A stretch of DNA of 64,000 nucleotides from Zancudomyces culisetae HAW-14-8. Its lineage: Eukaryota > Fungi > Kickxellomycota. Below the pieces are notes generated by a model that ran no database searches, was not told where the DNA came from, and worked only from the letters and a program-made list of their open reading frames with translations. Below, piece by piece: positions 19,463 to 28,257 of this stretch. The stretch spans positions 52,274 through 116,273 of the forward strand of contig JBNJNM010000024.1 in assembly GCA_052426225.1 (NCBI GenBank), in the 5' to 3' direction. How positions within the stretch are numbered: the stretch's first letter is position 1; each line of letters starts with the position of its first letter. Made by a program: the position numbers and the translations under genes.

Positions 19463-19516
19463 ATATTTAATACTTTTACAATTATAATAGTATGTTATTT
19501 GTAAAGTATTAAATAT
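19463..19516. repeat. AT-rich imperfect palindrome (18-bp arms)
   Basis: ATATTTAATACTT(T)TACAA ... TTGTAAAGTATTAAATAT. Confidence 0.75.
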
Positions 19517-19685
19517 TACATTCGATAAAAATATACCATGTATAAAGCTTGGTTAGATAGATATTTTATATGAGTATTTTTTATAGTTTTATGCTATAAC
19601 TATTTAATAAAATCATCGTGTAAAGCTAACAGATATATTATATATACTATTTACCAAATAAAATCGGCTGACAAAAAAATATTTG

Positions 19686-20141
19686 TCAATTGCGTTTAAA
19701 AAATATATGTTCAGTTATTTTATCAATTTTTTTTCTATCGCATTTCAAATTATCAATATTCTTTGAACTATATATTTTGGATATATTACTTTCTTTTCTA
19801 TTTAAAGCATCTATAACGACCGAATGTTTTCTTAAATTATCAGTATCTTTGGTATAATATTTTGTAGTGTATATATCTTTTATATCAACTATATCTGTAT
19901 CACCCGTATCAAAAAATCTTTTAACCTTCCCCCCTTCAATTTCTTCAGCAGTAATTAATATCATAGTTTTTTCGCTAATTGCTAATTTTAGAGAATTAAT
20001 TTCATCATAAACATCAGAATCTAAACCGGCTCTATGAAAAGCGCTTAAAGTTTTCTGTGTTATTTCCGAAAAATAATCCATGTTTTCCATTAACATATTG
20101 TTCTTTTTGCAATTTGTTTCCAGGCATATAGCACACTTCAT
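19686..20141 (-). CDS. RNA polymerase small subunit (beta'/Rpb1 C-terminal, trigger-loop region)
   Basis: FSEITQKTLSAFHRAG resembles Rpb1 region G (GEPATQMTLNTFHFAG); N-terminal CxxC. Confidence 0.75.
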   Translation of the reverse strand: MKCAICLETNCKKNNMLMENMDYFSEITQKTLSAFHRAGLDSDVYDEINSLKLAISEKTMILITAEEIEGGKVKRFFDTGDTDIVDIKDIYTTKYYTKDTDNLRKHSVVIDALNRKESNISKIYSSKNIDNLKCDRKKIDKITEHIFFKRN

Positions 20142-20445
20142 TTTCTTTAACGTTATCCACTATGCATTCAATTTCAAATGTATCAATGACATCAAATGAT
20201 GTAATCCATCTGATGGGTGGTAGTATGTAAACTCCTTCTTGAATCAGATTTCTATTGGCCTCGAGTTTAAGTCTTAATTTACCTATTTTATCGCAATTTG
20301 CTCCTAATATATGTGATATTAGTAACTTATAAGGTACGCTGAAAGATTTATATGATATCAATCTTACAGCTACAATGGTGGGAATTTCAGTCATTAGATG
20401 GTTATTGGAATTTGAATATGAAGAAATAAATCCTCTTATATTCAT
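20032..20445 (-). CDS. Hypothetical protein, possibly Rpb7-like (likely start 20394)
   Basis: GANCDKIG...FEIECIVDNVKENEV...GLFF loosely follows the Rpb7/RpoE' pattern; overlaps the RNAP small subunit gene. Confidence 0.35.
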   Translation of the reverse strand: MNIRGFISSYSNSNNHLMTEIPTIVAVRLISYKSFSVPYKLLISHILGANCDKIGKLRLKLEANRNLIQEGVYILPPIRWITSFDVIDTFEIECIVDNVKENEVCYMPGNKLQKEQYVNGKHGLFFGNNTENFKRFS

Positions 20446-21793
20446 AGATAATTTTAATATGTCAGAATTATGGCCTTATATATCTATTAAAAATGTATCG
20501 TTGGGATATAACGGGAAATCACCACAGATAAATAAGGATAAAGAATCAGATTTTTTTATGTTTAGTAAATATAGAATTTATAGAATGAATAAAAATAAAG
20601 GATCTGTTATCACATATGACATAATTTCAGCTTTATCTAGCCTTTCAAATATAATAAATATAACAAAAACTACATCATTAGCACATACAGTATTATACAG
20701 ATGGAATTTCGATTTTCATATATTGTTAAATATTATAGAAATGATGGAAGATATGGAAATATTGGAAGACAATAAACCATGTTTAACAAGAGCAACAGTT
20801 AGATACAAAAAGATGGAAATGGATATAGTATCTGGTGTTATATCGCATTCATCATCCAACCAAGAAGAACATGATGAAATGGATAAATTATGCGCAGAGT
20901 TGGAAGAACAATATAATCGAGAAGCTGATAATTATATTAAAATATTCGATATGCTAGATAAGCCAAGTATAGATCCGGCAAGTATACATCAATCTATAGA
21001 TTATGAGGTTTGGTATAAAGCTCGTAGAGAAAATCAGAGAGAATGGCCTATGATATCAAAAAAACCTTTAAATAAGAGTTCTATAGAATTCAGAGGTAAT
21101 TATTATTCGAATCCAGATACAAATAAATATGTGAGATTGAAAGAAAGATATGATGATAATCCTTATATATATTTACCGAGATTATATTCTACTTATCAGA
21201 GTACCGATAAATATATATCGAAAAAAAATACAATACCGGTAATTGTAAGAAGAATATGCGAAGAAAATGGAACATTTTTGAAACAACGTAAACACAATAC
21301 GGAAGCATCGATATATATTGATGCGAGAGGAAAATTTATATCAACAGATATAAATCCTAAATATATCGTAATGGATGGTATTATAATAAGCACTTTTGAT
21401 AAAAGAATAGATATACATAAGTATCATGCTGATATATGTGCTCAAGTTCTTGATTCAGACTGGAATATATCAAAGATATATATAAAATGTATTAAAGATG
21501 AATATGAAAACGAATATAACTACGAGGAAAAAATAGTAAACGGAGTTAGGATAAACAATATACCAGTATTGCCTTATTATTATAAAGAAATAATCCATGA
21601 TTATAATTATTTAAATAGATTGAGATATGGGCCATTGATGGATTTGAGTTATATAGGAATAGTGAAGCCTAATGATAATGATATAATAACATTCCCATTC
21701 GATAAGAAGCGTACGATATACTGTAGTGGTATGTTGGAGACACATAGATTAAAAACTTTTAAGTATAAAAAGAGCGTATATGAATTTAGATGA
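20375..21793 (+). CDS. Probable early transcription factor large subunit (VETF-L/A7-like), reduced (likely start 20459)
   Basis: YKARRENQREWPMI..FRGNYYSNPDTNKYVRL..NPYIYLPRLY..Q resembles the conserved VETF-L block without its cysteines. Confidence 0.5.
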   Translation: MVGISVIRWLLEFEYEEINPLIFIDNFNMSELWPYISIKNVSLGYNGKSPQINKDKESDFFMFSKYRIYRMNKNKGSVITYDIISALSSLSNIINITKTTSLAHTVLYRWNFDFHILLNIIEMMEDMEILEDNKPCLTRATVRYKKMEMDIVSGVISHSSSNQEEHDEMDKLCAELEEQYNREADNYIKIFDMLDKPSIDPASIHQSIDYEVWYKARRENQREWPMISKKPLNKSSIEFRGNYYSNPDTNKYVRLKERYDDNPYIYLPRLYSTYQSTDKYISKKNTIPVIVRRICEENGTFLKQRKHNTEASIYIDARGKFISTDINPKYIVMDGIIISTFDKRIDIHKYHADICAQVLDSDWNISKIYIKCIKDEYENEYNYEEKIVNGVRINNIPVLPYYYKEIIHDYNYLNRLRYGPLMDLSYIGIVKPNDNDIITFPFDKKRTIYCSGMLETHRLKTFKYKKSVYEFR

Positions 21794-22223
21794 TGACTGC
21801 AAATTTAATATATATTATTTTTATATAAGCAGAATAATATTAATAAAAATGAGTAAAAGAATTCAAAAGGAATTGAGAGATGCTATAAGAGATGAGACAA
21901 TTGATGAAATTATAGATAAATTAGATAATTATAATGAAGATGTGGATATATCTACTCTTATTAATATGTTGGATGATATGAAATTATCGAATATAAAATC
22001 GACAAAAAGCAAGAAGGTTATCAGTGAAGAAAACAGATGTACTAGAAGAAAGAAGAATGATCAACAATGTATGGCACCTAAAAGTAACGAATACAGTTGC
22101 TGGTCTCATATGTCACAGGATGAGAGAGAGGTACATACAAGAGATAAAAAAACTAAATCTGTTAAGATAGAAAAATTGAGTAAAGAGGAGAAACAATTAA
22201 TTGAAAATTTATCGAACGAATAA
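21780..22223 (+). CDS. Small CCCH-motif protein (likely start 21849)
   Basis: RCTRRKKNDQQC..SCWSH, same motif class as the 367-aa protein. Confidence 0.65.
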   Translation: MNLDDDCKFNIYYFYISRIILIKMSKRIQKELRDAIRDETIDEIIDKLDNYNEDVDISTLINMLDDMKLSNIKSTKSKKVISEENRCTRRKKNDQQCMAPKSNEYSCWSHMSQDEREVHTRDKKTKSVKIEKLSKEEKQLIENLSNE

Positions 22224-22599
22224 AGTAATATCAATGTTAATAAAATCGAGCATATTTCAAAGAGTATAAAATAAAAAATAGATATAATATTGCATATAAT
22301 AAGTATATATAATCTGTAATTTTATATTTTTTAAAATTATTCATCTATCAATATACTTTAAAACCACTATCGATTTTTATATCTAATATGATAATACTGA
22401 TTGATCATCATGTATTATATATTTTAAGCTTCGGATAGAATGTAATATAGTATTTAACTTAGTTTTGAATAAGTTGTAATATATTATATTTTTTAATTGT
22501 TTTTGTATATATTTTTAAAAAAATGAAATATTAATATGTGAATAATTAAAGATGGTTTTGTAAATTTTTTGTTTAATATTATAGTTATAATATTAAAAA

Positions 22600-25500
22600 A
22601 TGTCATCATACGACTATACAAGTTTTGGACAAATTGAAATATATAATATATATTATCCATATAATACGAATATAACTATATTGAATAATCCATCTCAATG
22701 TATAAATAATAAATTGAGTTATGTAGCAATTATAGAAAATAAGAGAATACCAATAATGATTGGTTCAGATATTCATTTATCTATACATAAAAATGATAAC
22801 CCCATAGAAATGTATGGATATTTTATTATTGATGGTATATGCAAATCATTATCTCTAATTCTTATGATGAGCAATACTTTATATACTAAAGATAGAGCTT
22901 ATATTTCCGAAAGTAGAAGAATAAGCATTATTTCTATGGGTAACTACGAGCTAACACTAAAAGGTAAAACTACCAAATGGAATTTGCCTATTAATTACGA
23001 TTTGATATATCGCAAATCAGTGGATATGCATAAGTTAAAAACTCATCTAGATTTAGTGGCTAAAACTAAGAAGACTAAATTTTCTAAAGAAATATCAGAA
23101 GATGATGCCGTCATATTATGTTATATGTTTGAAAACTGGCTTGGTATAACTAATAATGTTAATATTAAGAGAAGATTGATAACGCCCGGTGAGCTGATTT
23201 ATGATTGCATCAAACATGAATATGATGTTGTTAAATTTTTCCGTACACACAACTGGGTTATAAAAAATATACAGAACGTTACTTCTATATCGGAAGATAT
23301 GAAACATTATTCTATTTTAGGAGATATAGAATCTATAAGACGTATAACATTTCCCACGGCAAGAGAACATATGTCTATGAAAGAAAGATTGGTTAAAGAT
23401 GAATATAAATATCTGATATGTCCTGTGCAAACTTCTGATGGTTCTTTATGCGGTACAATTTTATATTTATCTAAAGATGCTAGAATAACTCATAAGAATA
23501 CAGATTATGAAATCATCCATAACGATGCATCAAATTGTAATAATATTCATAATATTCATAATAATATCCAAACAAATGAATGGGTATTTAATTATAACGC
23601 ATCATCAACTATTGATGAGTATTATCTTTTTATCGATGGTAAATTCAACGGTAAAGTCAAAGATGTAAAAGTGTCAAATAATGATAACATATACAAAGAT
23701 GATAGAATAATAATAGTATGGACACATAACGGTAGAATTTATAATCCTATTAAAGATAGATATGTATCTGTAACAGCTGATTATATTCCATTTATAACAC
23801 ATAATCCAGCTGTTAGAGCGATGTTTACTTGTAGTATGATTAAACAAGCTCTAACTGTTGATAATAGATTAAAACTACCGTTTAATGATGTTAAATGGCT
23901 TATAAAAGGTGAGCAACCAATAATTGGTAAATCTTTTCCAACTCCGTATGGTTGGAATCTAAAAACGGCTATAATGCCATGGTATGGATTTAATATAGAG
24001 GATGCTGTTGTTATAAGTAAATCTACCAGTAAAAAATATATGAGTGTTAAACAAAATTGTTATTCATGTAGATTGGAAAGTTCCGAAGATAGAATTTTAA
24101 ATGTGTATGTTAAAGTTGGAGATTATGTCAGCAAAGGTAGCGAATTGTTTAAATCGTTTAAACCGTCACAAATAACTACTATTGAAAATGTTAGGTCTAA
24201 TCACGTAGGTATAGTATCTTCTATTTTATATAATCCAAAATGTTTTACCATAGTTGTTAGGAATTACAGAAATATCAAAATTGGCGATAAAATGTCCAAT
24301 AGACATGGTCAAAAGGGTATTGTAAGCTTAATACTTGATGATGAATATATGCCTCAATATTATGATGATTCGGAGAATGCATGGATTAATATAGATTTGT
24401 TAATAAATCCACATGCATTTCCGGGTAGAATGACTTACGGACAGATAAAGGAAATGGGGGAAAAAGAATATAATGTCAGATTTAATGATGGTAATGGTAA
24501 TATAAAAAATGTAAAAAATAAAATTTTGGTTGGTATATGTTATTACATGGCTTTAAGACATCAAGTAGATGATAAAATACAATATAGAGATTTCGGACAA
24601 ATTGATAATATAACAAAACAAGCCAAATCAGGCAAATCGAAAAATGGAGGTTTAAGATTTGGTAGTATGGAAAGAGATATTATGATAGCCATAGGATGTC
24701 ATGATATACTAGAAGAGATATATAAGATGGATAAGACTATAGCGTATTCTTGCTCAATATGCGGGTTTATATCGACTCATATAATTAATAAATATTGCGA
24801 TGGGTTTAAAGATTGTTTAACGAATTCGCCAAACAATAAAAAAGACGTGAATGAAGATGACAAGTGTACATTTGTCAAGATAAACTGCAATCAATATCTA
24901 CTAATTTGTTGCTCTTTGCTGAGATCCAATGGTTATGATATACGATATTGGTATGACGCGAATGAATATTCTATAGTTGATTATTCCGAAAATGAATATA
25001 ATAAGACCAATGATTTATTCTTCGGCGATACAGATTTATTAGATGTGCGATTCTATAAAAACACACCGGTACTACCATGCATATTGAGATCTACATATTT
25101 AAATAATCTATATAGTAGATTTGGTGCGGGTAAAAAAATTATTAAAGAACATAAAAGATTATTATTTGGAAAAAATGGAGCTTATCATAGATTAGTTGAA
25201 GGTCATAAGATAAATCACTGTCTAAGATCAGTTATTGTACCAAATCCAGAACTGCCTATTGATACAATAGAAATACCATTTGGATCCGATATTGGTACGA
25301 GTTATGGGTTATTGAATAGACAGCCATCATTAAGTTATAAATCGATAATGTCGGTTAAATTAGTGATTGGTAATACACAATGTATACGCATAAATCCTTT
25401 ATTATGTAGTTCTTTTAATGCCGATTTTGATGGGGATGAGATGTGTGTTTATGGTATGAATAAGATATATACCGAGTTACCAGTAAGGCCTATATATATA

Positions 25501-25884
25501 CAAGATTATATATTGGGTATATCTTGCTCTTCAGATAATAATCATAGTCAACTTTTATCAATACCCGATAATAAAAAAGAGTATAGATATCCAAAACATA
25601 TAACAGAAGATGGTTTAACAGCCAACAAAGAAGGTATATACACTATGATAAATAATAAAAGCAAAGGTAAAGATTTCAATTTTAAGTTTATATACGAAAG
25701 AATTGGAGACGTTATAGTTCAGAATGAAAAAATCGGTACTATAGAAAGTTGTTATCAGAAAGGATTATCAGATGATGAGTGGTATTTGCAAGCTAAAGCT
25801 GCTAGAGAAGCCGCATCTACTATTGGTATATATACTCCTTATACAGGAGAATTGAATTCTATATGCAATAAGAAATCAATATAA
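22600..25884 (+). CDS. DNA-directed RNA polymerase, fused beta (Rpb2) + beta' (Rpb1) catalytic regions
   Basis: GYFIIDG, CPVQTSDG, GFNIEDA, GDKMSNRHGQKG, NPHAFPGRMT, GGLRFGSMERD, then RSVIVP, LLNRQPSL, FNADFDGDEM and a bridge-helix-like GLSDDEW..AAREA. Confidence 0.95.
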   Translation: MSSYDYTSFGQIEIYNIYYPYNTNITILNNPSQCINNKLSYVAIIENKRIPIMIGSDIHLSIHKNDNPIEMYGYFIIDGICKSLSLILMMSNTLYTKDRAYISESRRISIISMGNYELTLKGKTTKWNLPINYDLIYRKSVDMHKLKTHLDLVAKTKKTKFSKEISEDDAVILCYMFENWLGITNNVNIKRRLITPGELIYDCIKHEYDVVKFFRTHNWVIKNIQNVTSISEDMKHYSILGDIESIRRITFPTAREHMSMKERLVKDEYKYLICPVQTSDGSLCGTILYLSKDARITHKNTDYEIIHNDASNCNNIHNIHNNIQTNEWVFNYNASSTIDEYYLFIDGKFNGKVKDVKVSNNDNIYKDDRIIIVWTHNGRIYNPIKDRYVSVTADYIPFITHNPAVRAMFTCSMIKQALTVDNRLKLPFNDVKWLIKGEQPIIGKSFPTPYGWNLKTAIMPWYGFNIEDAVVISKSTSKKYMSVKQNCYSCRLESSEDRILNVYVKVGDYVSKGSELFKSFKPSQITTIENVRSNHVGIVSSILYNPKCFTIVVRNYRNIKIGDKMSNRHGQKGIVSLILDDEYMPQYYDDSENAWINIDLLINPHAFPGRMTYGQIKEMGEKEYNVRFNDGNGNIKNVKNKILVGICYYMALRHQVDDKIQYRDFGQIDNITKQAKSGKSKNGGLRFGSMERDIMIAIGCHDILEEIYKMDKTIAYSCSICGFISTHIINKYCDGFKDCLTNSPNNKKDVNEDDKCTFVKINCNQYLLICCSLLRSNGYDIRYWYDANEYSIVDYSENEYNKTNDLFFGDTDLLDVRFYKNTPVLPCILRSTYLNNLYSRFGAGKKIIKEHKRLLFGKNGAYHRLVEGHKINHCLRSVIVPNPELPIDTIEIPFGSDIGTSYGLLNRQPSLSYKSIMSVKLVIGNTQCIRINPLLCSSFNADFDGDEMCVYGMNKIYTELPVRPIYIQDYILGISCSSDNNHSQLLSIPDNKKEYRYPKHITEDGLTANKEGIYTMINNKSKGKDFNFKFIYERIGDVIVQNEKIGTIESCYQKGLSDDEWYLQAKAAREAASTIGIYTPYTGELNSICNKKSI

Positions 25885-26062
25885 CCAATTCAATATAATG
25901 TTTAAATATTTTTTGCTACGATTTATCGCTGATGCATCATTCGTCATTCGATAAAAAATACATTGTTGTTATATAATTTGAATGCACTTTTTAAAATATA
26001 AATTACACTCAATTTGCCTGTAATTACATTGTTCTGATATATTTTAATATCAATTTGTAAGA

Positions 26063-26965
26063 ATGATATGGTATAAAAATCTATCATCGGTACCTAACAA
26101 TTCAATAATAATAGCTAGAGATATAAATAGTAAAGGATGTAAAGAATATTCATTTATAGATAGTATAGATTCACTTATAAAGCTTATAGATGAAACAGAT
26201 AATCCTTGCTATTATCAAATGATAGCTGATGAAGATAGATGGACAGAAATATATGATTTTGATGGTAAAAATATTGACATCGGTGAAGATGTAATTGTAA
26301 ATAATTTTATTTCGACATATACAAAAATATTTGGTATATCCGATATAAATATAAAAACATGCAGTACTAACAAACATATATCTCTACATTTTATTATACA
26401 TAACATATTAAATATAAAAGATATGATAAATAAATTCGATATACTTACTTCTTCCAACGATTTAATACTATCTAAAAGATACGATAGATCTATATATACA
26501 AAAAATAGATTGATTAGAACATTAGGCTCTGATAAACATTTTTCCAATAGAAAATTTCGCATGTTTAAAAATAACAACTTATTAGATAGATATAAATATT
26601 TTATACTTCCTACATCGATTAAAGATAACAGCCTTTCATATAATTATAAAAATTCTATATCATCAATACCCAATAAAAATAATAGTTTGCAATCATACAA
26701 ATGGGGAAAACAAATTAGTAAAAATATATTTAGATTGGATAGGAGTGAACCATCTATGTGTTTAATATGTTGTAGAATACATGATAATGATAATGCGTAT
26801 ATCAACATTGAAAAAATAACATACGGTTGCTTTAGATCTAATTCGGAAATTGAAATAGATTCTGATAGAATAGTTTTGAGTAAATCTAAATTGATTGCTA
26901 TGCTTAGGAATTTAGATATAAATGATGTCAATATTGAATATATATTATCAAGAAGTAAATATTGA
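26063..26965 (+). CDS. Archaeo-eukaryotic primase (PrimPol/UL52-like) with C-terminal Zn finger
   Basis: YYQMI, YDFD, KHISLH, DRSIYTKNRLIRTLGSDK, CLICCRIHDNDN..YGCFR. Confidence 0.88.
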   Translation: MIWYKNLSSVPNNSIIIARDINSKGCKEYSFIDSIDSLIKLIDETDNPCYYQMIADEDRWTEIYDFDGKNIDIGEDVIVNNFISTYTKIFGISDINIKTCSTNKHISLHFIIHNILNIKDMINKFDILTSSNDLILSKRYDRSIYTKNRLIRTLGSDKHFSNRKFRMFKNNNLLDRYKYFILPTSIKDNSLSYNYKNSISSIPNKNNSLQSYKWGKQISKNIFRLDRSEPSMCLICCRIHDNDNAYINIEKITYGCFRSNSEIEIDSDRIVLSKSKLIAMLRNLDINDVNIEYILSRSKY

Positions 26966-27006
26966 ACAACGGCATGTATATACTATTTTTATTATTTTTT
27001 ATATAA

Positions 27007-27147
27007 TATTTTTCGAATAACAAAAAATATGTATACTAATATTATCGAAATATATATATTGTATATAGGAATATAGCATATCATCAAATAACAATATATA
27101 AAAAAAGTTTTAAAACTATTTTTATTTAAATAACTAACTATTTAAAA
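27007..27147 (+). repeat. Inverted repeat IR-A
   Basis: Same sequence as 975-1115, but preceded by the primase gene end. Confidence 0.92.
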
Positions 27148-27186
27148 CTCTCGCATATTATCAATTAACGATATAAATAAAATAAA

Positions 27187-28110
27187 TCATTTTCTCATTT
27201 TCGATATTTTATTTTTAATATCATCGGGGATTATATCTTTATATCTATCCAATAATAGATCTATTCTATTTAGACCGGGATCTATTTTGTAAGTTTGCAT
27301 CGGTTTGCGTGTGTATGTAGGTGATGGTTTTGGTTTCGTGTATGATGTATTCACACCGTCAATATACGTATTTAATTTATCTTCATTTTTAGCTTCTGGT
27401 GTTATTTTTGGTGTTTTTTTCTTATTTAATATTTCTCTATAATTAACAGCTTTACTACTTACGCCATTCGCATATATCTTTGTTTTCGCGGGCTTATTAT
27501 TTTTTCTGTTAGTCTTTTTATCATTTTTATCATTTTTATCATTTTTATCTCTTTTATCATTTTTATTAGCTTCGCGATGGATACGAACCTTTGTTCTCGC
27601 GGATGAGGCTGTATTTATATATTTTTTACCATTTATATTTGTTACATTGAAATTCAATATATCATTACTCCATGATAGACAATCATTATTTGACATCTGA
27701 CACTGTGTGTTATTTAATCCGGAATTATTTATTTTGGAAGGGTATAACATATTTTCATTTTTTTGTATGAAGAATTCTTCCTCGAAATATAAACAATCAC
27801 TTTCATAATCAGCATTCAATATACCATAATGGGTAAATGTAGTATTTAAGTTTTTTATAGCATATTTATTATCACCCATATTATCAAAAACTAGTAAAGG
27901 ATCTGTAACCATATCATCATTTATAATTTTATATGTACTTCTGATTACATGTCTATCATCCGCTGTAACCCCCTTGTATAAATTAACCCCGTTGATACTA
28001 TAACATAGATAAGATAAATTATCCTCTATATCATTCATTAGTAGAAAGAAGACGGTATCACCAGCATGTATACCGCATAAAAATAAAATATATAATAATA
28101 TATCTCTCAT
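27187..28110 (-). CDS. Putative secreted protein (copy 2)
   Basis: Identical to 1155..2078. Confidence 0.7.
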   Translation of the reverse strand: MRDILLYILFLCGIHAGDTVFFLLMNDIEDNLSYLCYSINGVNLYKGVTADDRHVIRSTYKIINDDMVTDPLLVFDNMGDNKYAIKNLNTTFTHYGILNADYESDCLYFEEEFFIQKNENMLYPSKINNSGLNNTQCQMSNNDCLSWSNDILNFNVTNINGKKYINTASSARTKVRIHREANKNDKRDKNDKNDKNDKKTNRKNNKPAKTKIYANGVSSKAVNYREILNKKKTPKITPEAKNEDKLNTYIDGVNTSYTKPKPSPTYTRKPMQTYKIDPGLNRIDLLLDRYKDIIPDDIKNKISKMRK

Positions 28111-28257
28111 TTCAATTATATTCTATTTTATATTGGTATATTCTATTTTTATATTGGTATATAATATTTATATTTATTAGACAATGTTCAAATATGATTC
28201 TTTATTAATCTAATTAAAATATATATCATAAATATATCATAAATATATTATATAAGT

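Larger units (their letters stand above)
975..27006. mobile_element. 26,032-bp capsid-less virus-like element / cytoplasmic plasmid, unit copy 1
   Basis: Every ORF recurs at +26032 and +52064 with identical translation; the unit carries PolB, primase, helicase, RNAP, capping enzyme and toxin genes. Confidence 0.85.

Noticed and set aside
561-26931. Short antisense or nested ORFs (561-752, 2949-3254, 4872-5141, 5235-5423, 11551-11751, 12118-12309, 14059-14250, 15417-15611, 16274-16468, 18166-18627, 21196-21393, 23116-23307, 26171-26931) and their copies
   Set aside because: Shadows of longer, motif-bearing genes, with I/F/L/S-rich composition expected from reverse-strand AT-rich codons
975-27006. 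Polinton/Maverick, virophage or protein-primed linear plasmid
   Set aside because: PolB is of the RNA-primed type; no integrase, capsid, protease or terminal protein recognised; the IRs are internal, not terminal
975-27006. Bacterial/phage or organellar origin
   Set aside because: Capping enzyme, VETF-like helicase, eukaryotic-type signal peptides and a Kex2-like site indicate eukaryotic cytoplasm; the standard code gives intact ORFs; no tRNA or rRNA seen
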